In this document: positions 51,898 to 61,560 of the stretch, piece by piece | How the letters are laid out: each line of letters begins with the position of its first letter | Position numbering within the stretch: position 1 is the first letter of the stretch | Translations under genes and position numbers: made by a program | The notes under the pieces: generated by a model | The model's input: only the letters and a program-made list of their open reading frames with translations | The model's database searches: none | Told to the model about the DNA's origin: nothing | From: Bacillota bacterium | Lineage (GTDB): Bacteria; Bacillota; Ch66; Ch109 | Direction of reading: 5' to 3' | NCBI GenBank assembly: GCA_050952625.1 | Contig: JBMNLH010000004.1 | Location: 321,697 to 385,696 of the forward strand | DNA length: 64,000 bases

Positions 51898-52149
51898 ATA
51901 CTGAACTAAATGGCGTTTTTTCTTTTTGTGGTCTCTGTTTCAAAATATTATATATTGCGGTTATTGCGGGCTGGATTGCCGGACCTCATAGAATCTGTAT
52001 TCAAGAAGGTGCTATCTCAAACAGAAGTGGTTGGATCAGTGGATGGCCGCCCTGGAAGTGATTAAGATGTATTAGATTTAATCTTGAAAAAAATTATGAT
52101 GTTTTGTATTATCATAACGCAGAGTATAATATTATCGAGGTGATTAATA

Positions 52150-53652
52150 TTGTACTCTGCTTTTGTTAACCGGGATAGTGAACGAAGATTTCTGGAAGAG
52201 CAATATGCCAGCCCTGAGGCGGCCTTTGTGGTGATATACGGGCGAAGAAGGGTAGGCAAAACTCGTTTAATTCAGGAATTTATCAGGGATAAATCGGCTT
52301 TGTATTTTTTGGCATCAGCAGAAATTGAACGGGCAAACATTGCCCGTTTTGGTAGTTTAGCCGCGGAATTAACCGGTTTTCCTTTTTTTCAGGGATTACA
52401 GTTTGACAACTGGGATCAGGTTTTTCGGTTGCTGTTGCCCGGGATCAAAGATGACCGGCGCATGGTGGTTATAATTGATGAATTTCAGTATTTGGTCAGG
52501 ATAAATCCAGCGTTTCCTTCAATACTGCAGCGGCTCTGGGATGAATGGTTGGGGCAAACTAATGTGATGTTGATAATCTGCGGCTCCCTGGTGAGTATGA
52601 TGGAAAGCAACGTTTTGGCTCACAGCAGTCCTTTATATGGCCGGCGGACCGGGCAAATCAAATTAAAGCAGCTAGAATTTATTCATTATCAAGAATTCTT
52701 TAAGAATAAGCCAATTGATGAACGAAATCACCATAAAGACATAGCCTTGCGCTCCCTAAGCGTAACCTTTAAGGATGAAATATTAGAATTCTATGACTTA
52801 AAACTAGCAAGGATCGTCGATGTAATTCAAACCAAAGTACCAACGATTGAAGTTAAAGACCGGGATATGGACATCAACTTTATCTTAGCTGATAATACCA
52901 TCGCCCATTTAGAGTTCGAATCCAGCGAACCAACCTTAGATGATCAAATCCGCTATGGTCATTACGATTTGGAACTTTATAAACAACGCAGGCAAAAAAT
53001 TCACCGCATTGTTATCTATGGTGCTGGAATTAAGCAAGCACCTAAACCCTTGGATATTGGCTCAATTCGTCAGACTCAGTCCGTTATCTACCTGGAAAAA
53101 GACTTTGACGGAGATCAAGTATTTCTCGAGTTAAAAGATCGGATCCTAAGAGGAGAACCTTTAAGGAATCTGGATAAAATGAAGATTATCCTCTTACCAA
53201 TGATGAGCAGTAAAATCAGCAGCCGGTCCCGACGGGCCTTGGAAATGACAGAAGTGCTGGAAAATTATCCGGAAAAAGATATGGGCTACTACCTGATAGG
53301 GGCTATGGTTGGAACCAACTACAGCCTGTTGCAGGAACCGGAAAAATCCAAGATATTGGAGGTGTTAAGAATGGCCCAACCATTTCAGGAGTTATATCGA
53401 GAGTTTGAGGAAAAAGGCATGCGAAAAGGCATGGAACAGGGTATGCGAAAAGGTATAGAGAAGGGTAGAACGGAAGGAAAACAAGAATCGATATGTAAGT
53501 TGCTGGCTAAAAAATTTGGTCCAGAATCAACGGAACTGCAGGAAAGAGTAAGGAAGATAACCGATGAAAATGCTTTAGACAGATTTATTGAGGAACTAAT
53601 AGTCGCTGATAATATTAATGATGCGGCCAAAGTTATTGAGGCACTAAACTAA
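52150..53652 (+). CDS. in-frame fusion: archaeal-type ATPase (ATPase_2) N-half + Rpn/YhgA-like copy 3
   Basis: FVNRDSE..L, YGRRRVGKT, IIDEFQY, SPLYGRRT, then NHHKDIALRSL... as in the other Rpn copies. Confidence 0.8.
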   Translation: MYSAFVNRDSERRFLEEQYASPEAAFVVIYGRRRVGKTRLIQEFIRDKSALYFLASAEIERANIARFGSLAAELTGFPFFQGLQFDNWDQVFRLLLPGIKDDRRMVVIIDEFQYLVRINPAFPSILQRLWDEWLGQTNVMLIICGSLVSMMESNVLAHSSPLYGRRTGQIKLKQLEFIHYQEFFKNKPIDERNHHKDIALRSLSVTFKDEILEFYDLKLARIVDVIQTKVPTIEVKDRDMDINFILADNTIAHLEFESSEPTLDDQIRYGHYDLELYKQRRQKIHRIVIYGAGIKQAPKPLDIGSIRQTQSVIYLEKDFDGDQVFLELKDRILRGEPLRNLDKMKIILLPMMSSKISSRSRRALEMTEVLENYPEKDMGYYLIGAMVGTNYSLLQEPEKSKILEVLRMAQPFQELYREFEEKGMRKGMEQGMRKGIEKGRTEGKQESICKLLAKKFGPESTELQERVRKITDENALDRFIEELIVADNINDAAKVIEALN

Positions 53653-53667
53653 GACTGGGTAGCTTTT

Positions 53668-53710
53668 GCCCCCTTGTATCTTTAGCAAGGATACAAGGGG
53701 GCGAATTTTT
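53668..53710 (+). terminator. terminator hairpin after Rpn copy 3
   Basis: GCCCCCTTGTATC...GATACAAGGGGGC; related hairpin at 62770-62810. Confidence 0.7.
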
Positions 53711-53730
53711 TAATCGGAAAAGCCTTCTAA

Positions 53731-54227
53731 CTCAAGTTTGACAGTTACCCCCGATTTTCAACTAGACACACCCAACAAACCCAGTAAAATCTTGTATGGG
53801 TATATGAAAAATTTCAAAAGTGTAGTGCCACGTTTTTCAGATAATGTTTAGTGTTCAGGCAATTGTAAATAGTATAATTTAAATGCCATGTATGCTAGAA
53901 CTAAAACTTTCAAAAACAAGGACGGGTCTACCCGTACATACTTGCAAATCTGCGAAACCAGGCGCGAAGACGGTAAGGTCCGCTAGATCGTGGTAGCCAA
54001 CTTTGGCCGGCTGGAAAAACTGCAAGAAGTTTATTCTTCGTACCGAGCTAAAGGATCAAGTTTATGATGTTATTAAAGTGCTTGGCTGCAGGCCACCGAA
54101 CAGGATAATGTTATATGAGGCAAACGCTGACTGACAAATAAAGGAAAATATAGTGGTACGTCTTTTTTGTGTCTTCTGTGTATGTTGATTTTACTGGATT
54201 CTTCTTGGGTTAGGTGTCAAACTTGAG
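53731..54227 (+). mobile_element. internally deleted IS1634-like element (MITE-like)
   Basis: TIR CTCAAGTTTGACA / TGTCAAACTTGAG, 5-bp TSD TCTAA, remnant MYARTKTFKNKDGSTRTYLQICE. Confidence 0.82.
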
Positions 54228-54315
54228 TCTAAGAATATTTAGTCTTTTCTTCAAATTAAGTATAATAAGGGCAATGGAATTGTAGATAAAAGAAATTTGT
54301 TCCATTAGTTAGGGT

Positions 54316-55831
54316 CTCAAGTTTCGCAGCAGAAATTAGCCAACAAAGCCCTAATATGTGCGGGCTGAGCGGCAATCCAATGCCTAACTTGACATGAAAT
54401 GGCTTCGGATAATTCTTTGGATATCTTTCCAAGCATTTCAGTAAAGAAAAACATCAATTGCCTTATGGCGGTTTCGTAGTCAATGTCCTGTATTTCATCG
54501 CAGTACAGATAAAAAAGTTCTCCATAGCTACGTAAATCCTGGTTATGCCGTCTTTCCCATTCAAGCAGGATGTATCTTGTAAAAACAATGGTCGTATGGG
54601 CAATAAGCATATCATAGTTTCTGCCTTGGAACTCGGAACCAAGTTTTAAAAGAGATTTGGCACTCTTGAAAAAAACTTCTATACTCCATCTCATTCCGTA
54701 GATACGGACAATTTCGCTATCATCAAGCGAAATATCGGTAGTCAATATGGCAAGCCATTCCCGCTTTTTATTGCGGTTTTGAATAAATACAATCTTAACG
54801 GGAATTCCCTGTTTGGTTTTGACACAGCGCGATCCTATGAGTTCACCTCGATTTGTTGCCGGTAGTGTTGCCCTTAAATCTGCAAGCGACATTACTTGAC
54901 CGTTAAAGTTGTATCTCTGTTTTAGTTGTTTCACCATACCAATGGAATGAAGACCCTTTTCAAGAATGCCTGTAATCATTGGCTCGTTTGTAAACCAGCT
55001 GTCCATCAGGACATAATCGGCCGTAATGCCGATATCCAGAGCGTTTTGAATTAATTGAAGAACATTTTTAGGCTTTTCGATAATAGCTTCAGCACGCCGC
55101 TTTGCACCATTTGTTCGTTTATCTATGGAATCTGTTACATCATTTAATCTGTTTTGTGCATTTGCTGAACTGAGCATGGCAAAATCAATCGGAACGAAAC
55201 TATATCCGTCAGACCAACCTAGGGTCAGCATGGTAAATCCTTTAACAAAGCGATGACTCGCGTGGTCAAATATACGGGCAAGAAGCTCTGCCTTCTTAGT
55301 TCTAGGCCTTGAAAGGATTGAATCGTCCAGAATAAACACCCGGACCCTCTTATCTGAGGTCAGATGATCAAAAGTATCTGTAACCTTTAATGAAAGTCGC
55401 AGAAGAAATTTTCTCCATGAGTAGGTTGGATTATTCAGGAAACGATAGTATATATCCTTTCCAGGCATACCTTGGGCGCGTTTGCTTCCAAGAAAGTTAT
55501 TCATTTTCTTGCCGTAAAAAGCAAGTAGGAAAATGAACTCAAAAACCTGCTGAACGCTTACCCCACAAGCTTTTCGGATATTTGAAGCATGAAGCAACTT
55601 ATTAATCGTTAAAGCTTTAAACAGTCTAGCTAATTCGGATATAACCTTTTCAGACGGATCGATTTGTAGTAGCATTAACTTGTGCATCCTTTCCGTTTGG
55701 AATGTTTTGTTTGGTTACTTAACATTTTACCAAACCGGGATGCACTTTTTTCTGTCAAGAATGCTTTTTGTGCTAAGAAAAACCTATATTTCATGAGGTT
55801 TAGCTATGGTTTTTGAGGTGCGAAACTTGAG
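54316..55831 (-). mobile_element. complete IS, IS4-superfamily DDE
   Basis: TIR CTCAAGTTTCGCA / TGCGAAACTTGAG; TTAGGGT duplicated at 54309-54315 and 55832-55838. Confidence 0.88.
54317..55687 (-). CDS. IS4-superfamily DDE transposase
   Basis: FILDDS, YVLMDSWF, YGMRWSIEVFFKSAK. Confidence 0.92.
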   Translation of the reverse strand: MHKLMLLQIDPSEKVISELARLFKALTINKLLHASNIRKACGVSVQQVFEFIFLLAFYGKKMNNFLGSKRAQGMPGKDIYYRFLNNPTYSWRKFLLRLSLKVTDTFDHLTSDKRVRVFILDDSILSRPRTKKAELLARIFDHASHRFVKGFTMLTLGWSDGYSFVPIDFAMLSSANAQNRLNDVTDSIDKRTNGAKRRAEAIIEKPKNVLQLIQNALDIGITADYVLMDSWFTNEPMITGILEKGLHSIGMVKQLKQRYNFNGQVMSLADLRATLPATNRGELIGSRCVKTKQGIPVKIVFIQNRNKKREWLAILTTDISLDDSEIVRIYGMRWSIEVFFKSAKSLLKLGSEFQGRNYDMLIAHTTIVFTRYILLEWERRHNQDLRSYGELFYLYCDEIQDIDYETAIRQLMFFFTEMLGKISKELSEAISCQVRHWIAAQPAHIRALLANFCCET

Positions 55832-55862
55832 TTAGGGTTATACTATGAACAATTATCAAGAA

Positions 55863-55880
55863 AATAACACGTTTCTCATA
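55863..55880 (+). repeat. 18-bp direct repeat, left of ATPase cassette
   Basis: AATAACACGTTTCTCATA, identical at 59493-59510. Confidence 0.85.
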
Positions 55881-55981
55881 GTTTGGGTTGTTTTCATCCA
55901 GGCCAGCCGCAGGGACGGTTCTCATGGCAGAGGACATAAGTGACAATTATCGCTGAAGATGAACAGACCGCCGAGTCAAGC

Positions 55982-56075
55982 ACTCTGGAAGCAAGTAAAT
56001 TCCATGTAGAGTCGGCCTCCATACTCTAACGATAACACGGAAACAACTCTGGAAGCATATACATTCCATGTAGAG
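55982..56075. repeat. two 30-bp palindromic repeats separated by a 34-bp spacer
   Basis: ACTCTGGAAGCAAGTAAATTCCATGTAGAG / ACTCTGGAAGCATATACATTCCATGTAGAG. Confidence 0.8.
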
Positions 56076-56105
56076 GCGAAAATTATTTAATTTATTCAAA
56101 TATTG

Positions 56106-56130
56106 AAGGACTTCCTAAACTGATGTCGAA
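56106..56130 (+). promoter_or_regulatory. sigma-H-like promoter
   Basis: AGGA-17bp-GAAT upstream of 56174. Confidence 0.45.
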
Positions 56131-56173
56131 TTTTTTGCATCGAAGTCTGTATTTGGATTATGGAGGATACTAA

Positions 56174-56956
56174 ATGGCTGACTATGAAGTGCTGTATAAG
56201 CAGATGCTGGTAATAGAGAAAGATTTGCGAGATAAGCTGACCCAATCTCAGAAACTGCTGAAAAGTATTGGCAAAAGCTTGGAGAACGGCAATCTGAAGA
56301 ACTGGACCAGAGATTTAGGGATCATGCGCAGCGTATTAAAGGAACAGGAAGCTCTGATTCAAGCAATGCAAGCCCAGGTTGACGATTTTGGGGTGCGCGA
56401 CTATGTGGAAAACGGGGACTTTGCCGAGCAGATGTTGGCCTGTTGTGAGCAATTAGGAGTGGATGTCAAGGGTTCTTTCCCGACCTTTGAGATGTTTCCC
56501 TTCAAGGTAAAGGTGGATGTGGAGAACCTTGATTTATACTTAGATCGAAAGCGGGTCCAGTGTTTGCGTCCGCTGGCCTTTGTCCAGGAAGTAAAAAAGA
56601 ATCGCGATAAACTACTGCGGGCGTCTTTTGACGCCCGGGCTTTTGTGAAAGCGCTGGTGGCGGCTTATGATCTAGTGTTGCTGAAACAAAATCAGGGTAG
56701 AACAACTAAACTGGAGGCACCTGATTTATATCTGAAGGATCTTTATGACATGCTTACACCGATGAGCCGCCAAAAACGGGAGTATGACCAGCAGAGCTTT
56801 GCTTTTGACCTTTCTCGGTTATATGCTTCAGATTTGCGGACAACAGAAGATGGTCGGCAGTTCCAGTTTGGCCCCAGTCGAAATGTCAGAAGGGCCATTC
56901 GCATTTTAGACCAGGAGGGCCAGGAACACTTTTTATCGACTATCCGATTTTTCTGA
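56174..56956 (+). CDS. hypothetical protein, N-terminal coiled coil
   Basis: 260 aa, RBS GGAGG, first gene of the ATPase operon. Confidence 0.8.
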   Translation: MADYEVLYKQMLVIEKDLRDKLTQSQKLLKSIGKSLENGNLKNWTRDLGIMRSVLKEQEALIQAMQAQVDDFGVRDYVENGDFAEQMLACCEQLGVDVKGSFPTFEMFPFKVKVDVENLDLYLDRKRVQCLRPLAFVQEVKKNRDKLLRASFDARAFVKALVAAYDLVLLKQNQGRTTKLEAPDLYLKDLYDMLTPMSRQKREYDQQSFAFDLSRLYASDLRTTEDGRQFQFGPSRNVRRAIRILDQEGQEHFLSTIRFF

Positions 56957-56994
56957 ATTCCGAGGCCTAAACGACTAGTTTCACGATCTGCCGG

Positions 56995-58239
56995 GTGAAG
57001 AACGGGGGAATTTTGGTAATGTCTGTTGATATAGAAACTGCCGTCGAACGGCTTAAGATGGGATTGCCTCCAGGTAATCGGCAAATTCTGCAAGAGATAA
57101 CCGTTGGTCAAGAATTTCTGCCGGCATTTTGGCAGGAGAAGTATCTGAAAAACTATCTATCTCGCGGCGGCAGTAAGATCAAGTTTATTACCGGCCGAAC
57201 CGGGAGCGGGCGTACTCACTTTTTGGACCTGGTGTTGTTGAAGGCTCAAGAATTAGGCTATATTCCCGTTTATCTTTCCGCCAAGGATGTCTGGCTGTAT
57301 GATTTTAAAGAGATCTACGTGGCCATATTGCGCCAGGTTAATTTGCTGGAAAGCTTGCGAGCGGCCAGTTCTTTAGTTATCTCGCGTTTAGGGTACGATC
57401 CTCGAACAGTGCCGCCGGAACTCACTTTTACCGATTACTTATCCAGTCGCAATGAACTGGATCCCTTGACTAAACGGGAGATTCGGCAAGAATTAACCAG
57501 GCTCTTTTTAGCCAATCCACTGATTGACAACAATTTTGCCATTGCTTGTTCGCTGTTGACTGGCGGTTTTTTAGGTCATCCGATTTTGGAGGAAGCCAGC
57601 CGGAATCTGCTGTTGAACTGGCTGGAAGGCAGCCGAGAGGCTAAGTTGGCCTCGGTCCGCCGGCTAGGTTTATCCCCGAGTAAGATAACCAAATACAATG
57701 CCCGTCACATGCTGCGCTCCCTGGTTGAGGTCTGCCGCTTGGCCGGCTACAAAGGGCTGGTCGTGGCGCTTGATGAATTGGAGGTTTTGGTGGGGGGAGA
57801 CAAATTCGGCAGCATGCGTTATACCCGGTTAAAGCGTGACGACGCCTACGAATGTATCCGAGAACTGATCGACGAAATAGACACCTTGCACAACCTGATG
57901 TTCATTTTTTCTTTTGAACGCAAACTGATGGATGAGGAAATGACTGGCCTGAAGTCATATGAAGCGCTGTGGATGCGGATTCAAAATGAGGTAGCCGGCA
58001 GCCGATTCAATTGTTTTGCCGATATTGTCGATCTGGATCGACTAGTTGACGAGGTTTATACGCCGGAGTGCATGGTGGAGCTATCGAACCGGTTAGCCAG
58101 GGTGGCTGACCGAATCGGGCAAACAGTTAAACCAATTAGCTTGGACGCGGCGGAAGAGTTACACGCCCGGGCGCGTTTTGGGAAGGTGGCTTTGCCACGC
58201 CGGGTGGTCCTCTCTACTTTACATAATGACGGTGCTTAA
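56995..58239 (+). CDS. BrxD/DUF2791-like P-loop ATPase with variant Walker A
   Basis: IKFITGRTGSGRTH, GYKGLVVALDELE, RDDAYECIRELID, SYEALWMRI. Confidence 0.75.
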   Translation: MKNGGILVMSVDIETAVERLKMGLPPGNRQILQEITVGQEFLPAFWQEKYLKNYLSRGGSKIKFITGRTGSGRTHFLDLVLLKAQELGYIPVYLSAKDVWLYDFKEIYVAILRQVNLLESLRAASSLVISRLGYDPRTVPPELTFTDYLSSRNELDPLTKREIRQELTRLFLANPLIDNNFAIACSLLTGGFLGHPILEEASRNLLLNWLEGSREAKLASVRRLGLSPSKITKYNARHMLRSLVEVCRLAGYKGLVVALDELEVLVGGDKFGSMRYTRLKRDDAYECIRELIDEIDTLHNLMFIFSFERKLMDEEMTGLKSYEALWMRIQNEVAGSRFNCFADIVDLDRLVDEVYTPECMVELSNRLARVADRIGQTVKPISLDAAEELHARARFGKVALPRRVVLSTLHNDGA

Positions 58240-58280
58240 GATAATAGGTTCAGATTGTTGACTTGGGTGGAGGTAGTTAA

Positions 58281-59486
58281 ATGGATTTTGAAGCCCAGCG
58301 GGTAATTGAGGCACTGCGTTCTGGGATTTCTTCCCGGGCGGTTGGTCAATATTTCTCTTCAACCAGGATGGATCTGATTAACCAGGTGGCTCAGAGCCTG
58401 GAACGGGTTCGCGATACCGAACGTTCAGAGGGTATGGCGGTCCTGGGTCGGTATGGTGAAGGCAAGACCCATCTGTTAAACACCGTATTTAATTTGGCGC
58501 ACAGTAATAATATGGTCGTCAGCCTGGTTTCCTTGAGTAAGGAAACGCCTTTTGACAAACTGTATCTGGTCTACCAAAAAATTGTTGCCAATACCTACTT
58601 GCCGCAACATCTACAGCCCGGTTTTCAGCCGGTCTTTCAGGATATCACTCCGAACAGCCCGGTCGCCCAGGAACTGCTGGCCTTTACCAGCCAACACCTT
58701 GAAACGGATAAATTGTTTTATGTGTGGCGGTCATATCTTAACGTAGAGGATCCTGAGGAAAAGTACCTTCTCCTGGCTGACCTGGAAGGGGATTTTATCG
58801 CCACTGCCCGGTTAAAACAGATTTATAAGCGGATTTTTTCCCAACCAGTTAAATTTAAAGCTTCGTTCGCCAAAACTAAACACAGTTTCGAATATCTGGT
58901 CATGCTGAGTCACTTGTTTCGGGTGCTGGGGTTTAATGGGTGGGTTATTTTATTTGATGAGGCAGAATTAATCGGAAAGCTGGGGAGCAAGGCTCGTTTA
59001 AAAGCTTATCAAAATATGGCTTCCTTCCTTTTTGGCTCCCGGTATTCCCGACTGGAGTCGACCTTTGCCCTGTTTACTTTTACTTCTTCTTTTATCCAAG
59101 ACGTGATCGTTTCCAAGCATGATTTTGAAAACGCGGCAGCTGCTTTTGTTGACCGGACCGAGCGGGAACCAGTGGAGAATGTCCTGAAGTTTATTCAGGC
59201 GGCACCGCAACTGTCCCCCCTGACCCCAAGCGAAATTTTGCTCATTTTGGAACAGGTGAAAGATTTTCATGGTCGGGCCTATGACTGGAAGCCTGAGGTA
59301 GACATGCAAGAAGTGTTGCGGATGACGGCTAATCGCGGGGATCGGCTGAGAACAAAAATACGAACCGCCGTTGAACTTCTCGATCAGCTATATCAGTATG
59401 GTCAGGCTGAAAACATCGGGGTAGGAAATCTCTGCGAACTGAACTACCGTGAGGAAGAAATTCCTTCTTTAGACGAGTGTATTTAA
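58281..59486 (+). CDS. BrxD/DUF2791-like P-loop ATPase
   Basis: RVIEALRSGI, GRYGEGKTHLL, GFNGWVILFDEAE, H.RAYDW. Confidence 0.78.
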   Translation: MDFEAQRVIEALRSGISSRAVGQYFSSTRMDLINQVAQSLERVRDTERSEGMAVLGRYGEGKTHLLNTVFNLAHSNNMVVSLVSLSKETPFDKLYLVYQKIVANTYLPQHLQPGFQPVFQDITPNSPVAQELLAFTSQHLETDKLFYVWRSYLNVEDPEEKYLLLADLEGDFIATARLKQIYKRIFSQPVKFKASFAKTKHSFEYLVMLSHLFRVLGFNGWVILFDEAELIGKLGSKARLKAYQNMASFLFGSRYSRLESTFALFTFTSSFIQDVIVSKHDFENAAAAFVDRTEREPVENVLKFIQAAPQLSPLTPSEILLILEQVKDFHGRAYDWKPEVDMQEVLRMTANRGDRLRTKIRTAVELLDQLYQYGQAENIGVGNLCELNYREEEIPSLDECI

Positions 59487-59492
59487 CAAAAC

Positions 59493-59510
59493 AATAACAC
59501 GTTTCTCATA
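59493..59510 (+). repeat. 18-bp direct repeat, right of ATPase cassette
   Basis: AATAACACGTTTCTCATA, 6 bp after the last stop codon. Confidence 0.85.
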
Positions 59511-59707
59511 ACCTAGCGGGCATGGGCGGTTAACAGGAAAATAGTTTTAGTATCGTGACATTCTGAGCGAGGCAAAGAATCTTTCCAACGCTCAGAAAGA
59601 GCCGAATGAACATAGAATTTGTGTTCGGGCGTTTTATTTAATAAATGCCTGATGCAATTCTGTGTTTAAACTTCTAAGGAGCTCTCCATTTCAACGGAGA
59701 GAGTCGG

Positions 59708-61348
59708 TCACAGTCTGTTCAGGCTGGCTCGGATCAGTAATCTCATGGTAATCCAGTAATTTCTTTCAGAGCGGGCGGTAGCCCGCTGAATTTTTTCCAG
59801 GCAGGTTTTTTCGGGAATCCACCAGTCACACCTGATTTTACCCAGTGTCAGATTCCTTTCTAATTCTTTTATGATTGGCTGGCCCCAGTTGCGCTGTTGA
59901 GCATAATCGAGAACGTGGTCAGACAGGCGATCATAGGCTTCCTCAGAGAATGACTGGGTTTCCTGATCGTAATCAAGATCCACAACCGGTATCAGACCAA
60001 TGAGCTTATCGGAGATCTCGGCCAGCAACTCTTCTTCTTCGTTGGAGGCACCGACATAGAGGTAGTAGAGGTACGCGGTCTGGGGACTGCCGGAGCGGCG
60101 TAATATTCGGCCCAATCGTTGGATCCTCTGACGGGAACTGCTGCTGGAGGCGGCAATGATGCCCACATCTGTTGCCGGTACGTCCAAACCTTCATCCAGG
60201 GCCCGGCAACTAACCAGGATTCTCAGCTCGGAGTTATTATATCTTTCCAGGGTTCGCTTCCGGGTTTGCTTATCTAAGTGGGAATGGTAACGGCCGACTT
60301 GGCCCGGGAAAAGAGCCTCAATTTGCCGAAAGATTTCTTCCGCAAGCTCAATTCTTTCACTGAAGATTAAGATGCGGGAGGAGTGTGGAATGAGCGTAAT
60401 CAGGTACCGAAGACAGCTCACCCGGGCTTCTGCCCGATGCACCAAATCTCGGCGCAAAATTGAGTAGTGCTGAATAGTTCGGGCAAGACTGGCTTCTTCT
60501 GAGTCATCTTCTTCACGGGTTAGCTGCTCCAGGACGGCAAAGAAACGATCCCGGGGTAGCCGGGAGAGCGAGGGACGAAGCCGCAGAAAGATGTTGAGCG
60601 ATCGGCTGATTCGATCACTGAACTCCTGATACTGCTGGGCCTCGGTTCGGTTAAACTGAAGTCTCAGGTTGAATACCGAAAAAGGACTGATGATGTTATC
60701 GTTTAAGGCCTCTGCAAAGCCGTATTGGAAAATCTGTTGGCCCAGGGCCGGCACTAATTTCTCCTGAAAAGTCTCACATTGCGGCGTAGCGGACAGCCCC
60801 AGCGAAAAATACCGAGATTCGAGTTGAGTTCTGGAAATTTGGGCCAGGTAGCTGAAGATCCGTGAGTTCTCCAAGCTGCCATAGTGATGACATTCATCTG
60901 CAATTACCAATTGGGCAAAGCCCTGACGATAATCCTCCAGAAAGTGATGGGCAAAGGAATTGCGGGCTGAATTAACGACATAAATCATGATGGGTCGAGA
61001 ATTTAGATCCCGGCGTTCTCCAGAATAGATGCCGATCTCATTTCTGGGGACTCTCAGATCAGTCACCAGAGCCTGGTACCACTGGTGGGTTAAAAAGATT
61101 TTGGGCACGATAATTTTAATTTTAAGTTCCGGTCCCCAGGCGAACCTTTCTTTGAGTTTGGCGATCGCTCCCAGGGCCAGCACGGTTTTGCCGGCCCCGG
61201 TGACCACATTCACGATCCCCCGACCTCCATTTTGCCACCAGACGGCTAAGCATTCTTTTTGCCATTGATAGAGGTCTTTTTGGAGTTGGTATTCCTTTAT
61301 GGTTTTGGAATTATTATACATGGTCGGCGTGCTTTCAAATCGGAGCAT
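59708..61348 (-). CDS. SF2 DExH helicase (Rad25/XPB- or ResIII-like)
   Basis: LYQWQ, VTGAGKT, IADECHH, GLSATP, ALDEGLDVP, IQRLGRILR. Confidence 0.9.
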   Translation of the reverse strand: MLRFESTPTMYNNSKTIKEYQLQKDLYQWQKECLAVWWQNGGRGIVNVVTGAGKTVLALGAIAKLKERFAWGPELKIKIIVPKIFLTHQWYQALVTDLRVPRNEIGIYSGERRDLNSRPIMIYVVNSARNSFAHHFLEDYRQGFAQLVIADECHHYGSLENSRIFSYLAQISRTQLESRYFSLGLSATPQCETFQEKLVPALGQQIFQYGFAEALNDNIISPFSVFNLRLQFNRTEAQQYQEFSDRISRSLNIFLRLRPSLSRLPRDRFFAVLEQLTREEDDSEEASLARTIQHYSILRRDLVHRAEARVSCLRYLITLIPHSSRILIFSERIELAEEIFRQIEALFPGQVGRYHSHLDKQTRKRTLERYNNSELRILVSCRALDEGLDVPATDVGIIAASSSSSRQRIQRLGRILRRSGSPQTAYLYYLYVGASNEEEELLAEISDKLIGLIPVVDLDYDQETQSFSEEAYDRLSDHVLDYAQQRNWGQPIIKELERNLTLGKIRCDWWIPEKTCLEKIQRATARSERNYWITMRLLIRASLNRL

Positions 61349-61526
61349 GGTATGCCTCTTTAAATACTTAAACTTTTTGTTTCAGCCCCAAAGGGGTCGG
61401 TTTCTGGTTATAATTATACACAATTTTACCTGGAAAAAAAGCAATCGAGCAACCAGAGGGACGGTTCTTTTGGCCGGAAAAGCACCGGTGACAACTGCCA
61501 ATAACCAATGAAATAGGGGATATCAT

Positions 61527-61560
61527 AGAACTTGTGTTCGAGAGGGTTGTATGGTAAACT
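61527..61560 (+). promoter_or_regulatory. SOS box overlapping the -35 of a sigma-A promoter
   Basis: AGAACTTGTGTTCG; TTGTGT-17bp-TAAACT with extended TG. Confidence 0.55.

Noticed and set aside
55982-56075. Formal CRISPR array call
   Set aside because: Only two repeats, no cas genes in the window; kept as a finding instead
59601-59640. SOS-box-like GAATTTGTGTTC
   Set aside because: Lies between convergent genes within a terminator-like hairpin and mismatches GAAC
56174-61348. Complete BREX system
   Set aside because: No pglZ, pglX, brxC or pglW in the window
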